Positions 5,321 to 5,383 of a stretch of DNA of 5,383 nt are shown here, piece after piece. Every line of letters begins with the position of its first letter. The first letter of the stretch is position 1. The stretch spans positions 1 through 5,383 of the forward strand of contig JBLWGC010000145.1 in the NCBI GenBank assembly GCA_048772705.1, in the 5' to 3' direction. This DNA comes from Leidyana gryllorum EB-2025a (Eukaryota > Protista > Apicomplexa). The notes below the pieces were generated by a model, which saw only the letters and a list, made by a program, of their open reading frames with translations, searched no databases and was not told the DNA's origin. The translations under genes were made by a program, and so were the position numbers.

Positions 5321-5383
5321 TCCACTGTAGTCTAAGTGGCTAGGATATGCGGCTTTCACCCGCACGATCCGGGTTCAAGTCCC
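5321..5383 (+). tRNA. tRNA-Glu(TTC), truncated by window edge
   Basis: TCCACTGTAGTCTAAGTGGCTAGGATA-TGCGG-CTTTCAC-CCGCA-CGAT-CCGGGTTCAAGTCCC. Confidence 0.92.

Noticed and set aside
1-5383. Bacterial, phage or organellar tRNA array
   Set aside because: No encoded CCA, multiple A34 anticodons beyond Arg, A54 Ala, short-arm C1-G72 Tyr with a 37/38 intron, and mixed strands all indicate eukaryotic cytosolic-type genes.
1-5383. CRISPR-like array suggested by regular spacing and recurring GGTTCGA motifs
   Set aside because: The recurring motifs are tRNA T loops (B boxes); there is no invariant direct repeat and no cas gene.

Overview
This window is a very dense eukaryotic (nuclear/cytosolic-type) tRNA gene array with no credible protein-coding gene. 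I can delimit about 33 tRNA-derived loci in 5.4 kb, roughly one every 150-160 bp, on both strands. They cover 15 amino-acid families (Asp, Leu, Gly x3 isoacceptors, Cys, Ser, Ala, Glu, Lys, His, Arg, Pro, Thr, Gln, Val, Tyr) and range from intact cloverleaves to decayed pseudogenes and fragments. Eukaryotic hallmarks are no encoded CCA, A34 anticodons (AGA, AGC, AGT, AAC), A54 in tRNA-Ala, and a C1-G72 tRNA-Tyr with a 37/38 intron. The array was built by direct and inverted duplications of gene-plus-spacer units. Most notable: (i) a His-body tRNA with a Tyr anticodon (GTA) lies near a Tyr-body tRNA with a His anticodon (GTG); (ii) a Gln-body tRNA has an amber CTA anticodon; (iii) three paralogue pairs show isoacceptor anticodon shifts; (iv) the tRNA-Tyr intron is only 7 nt; (v) oligo-T Pol III terminators are almost absent. 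All structures were folded by eye, so intact versus pseudogene calls need covariance-model scoring.
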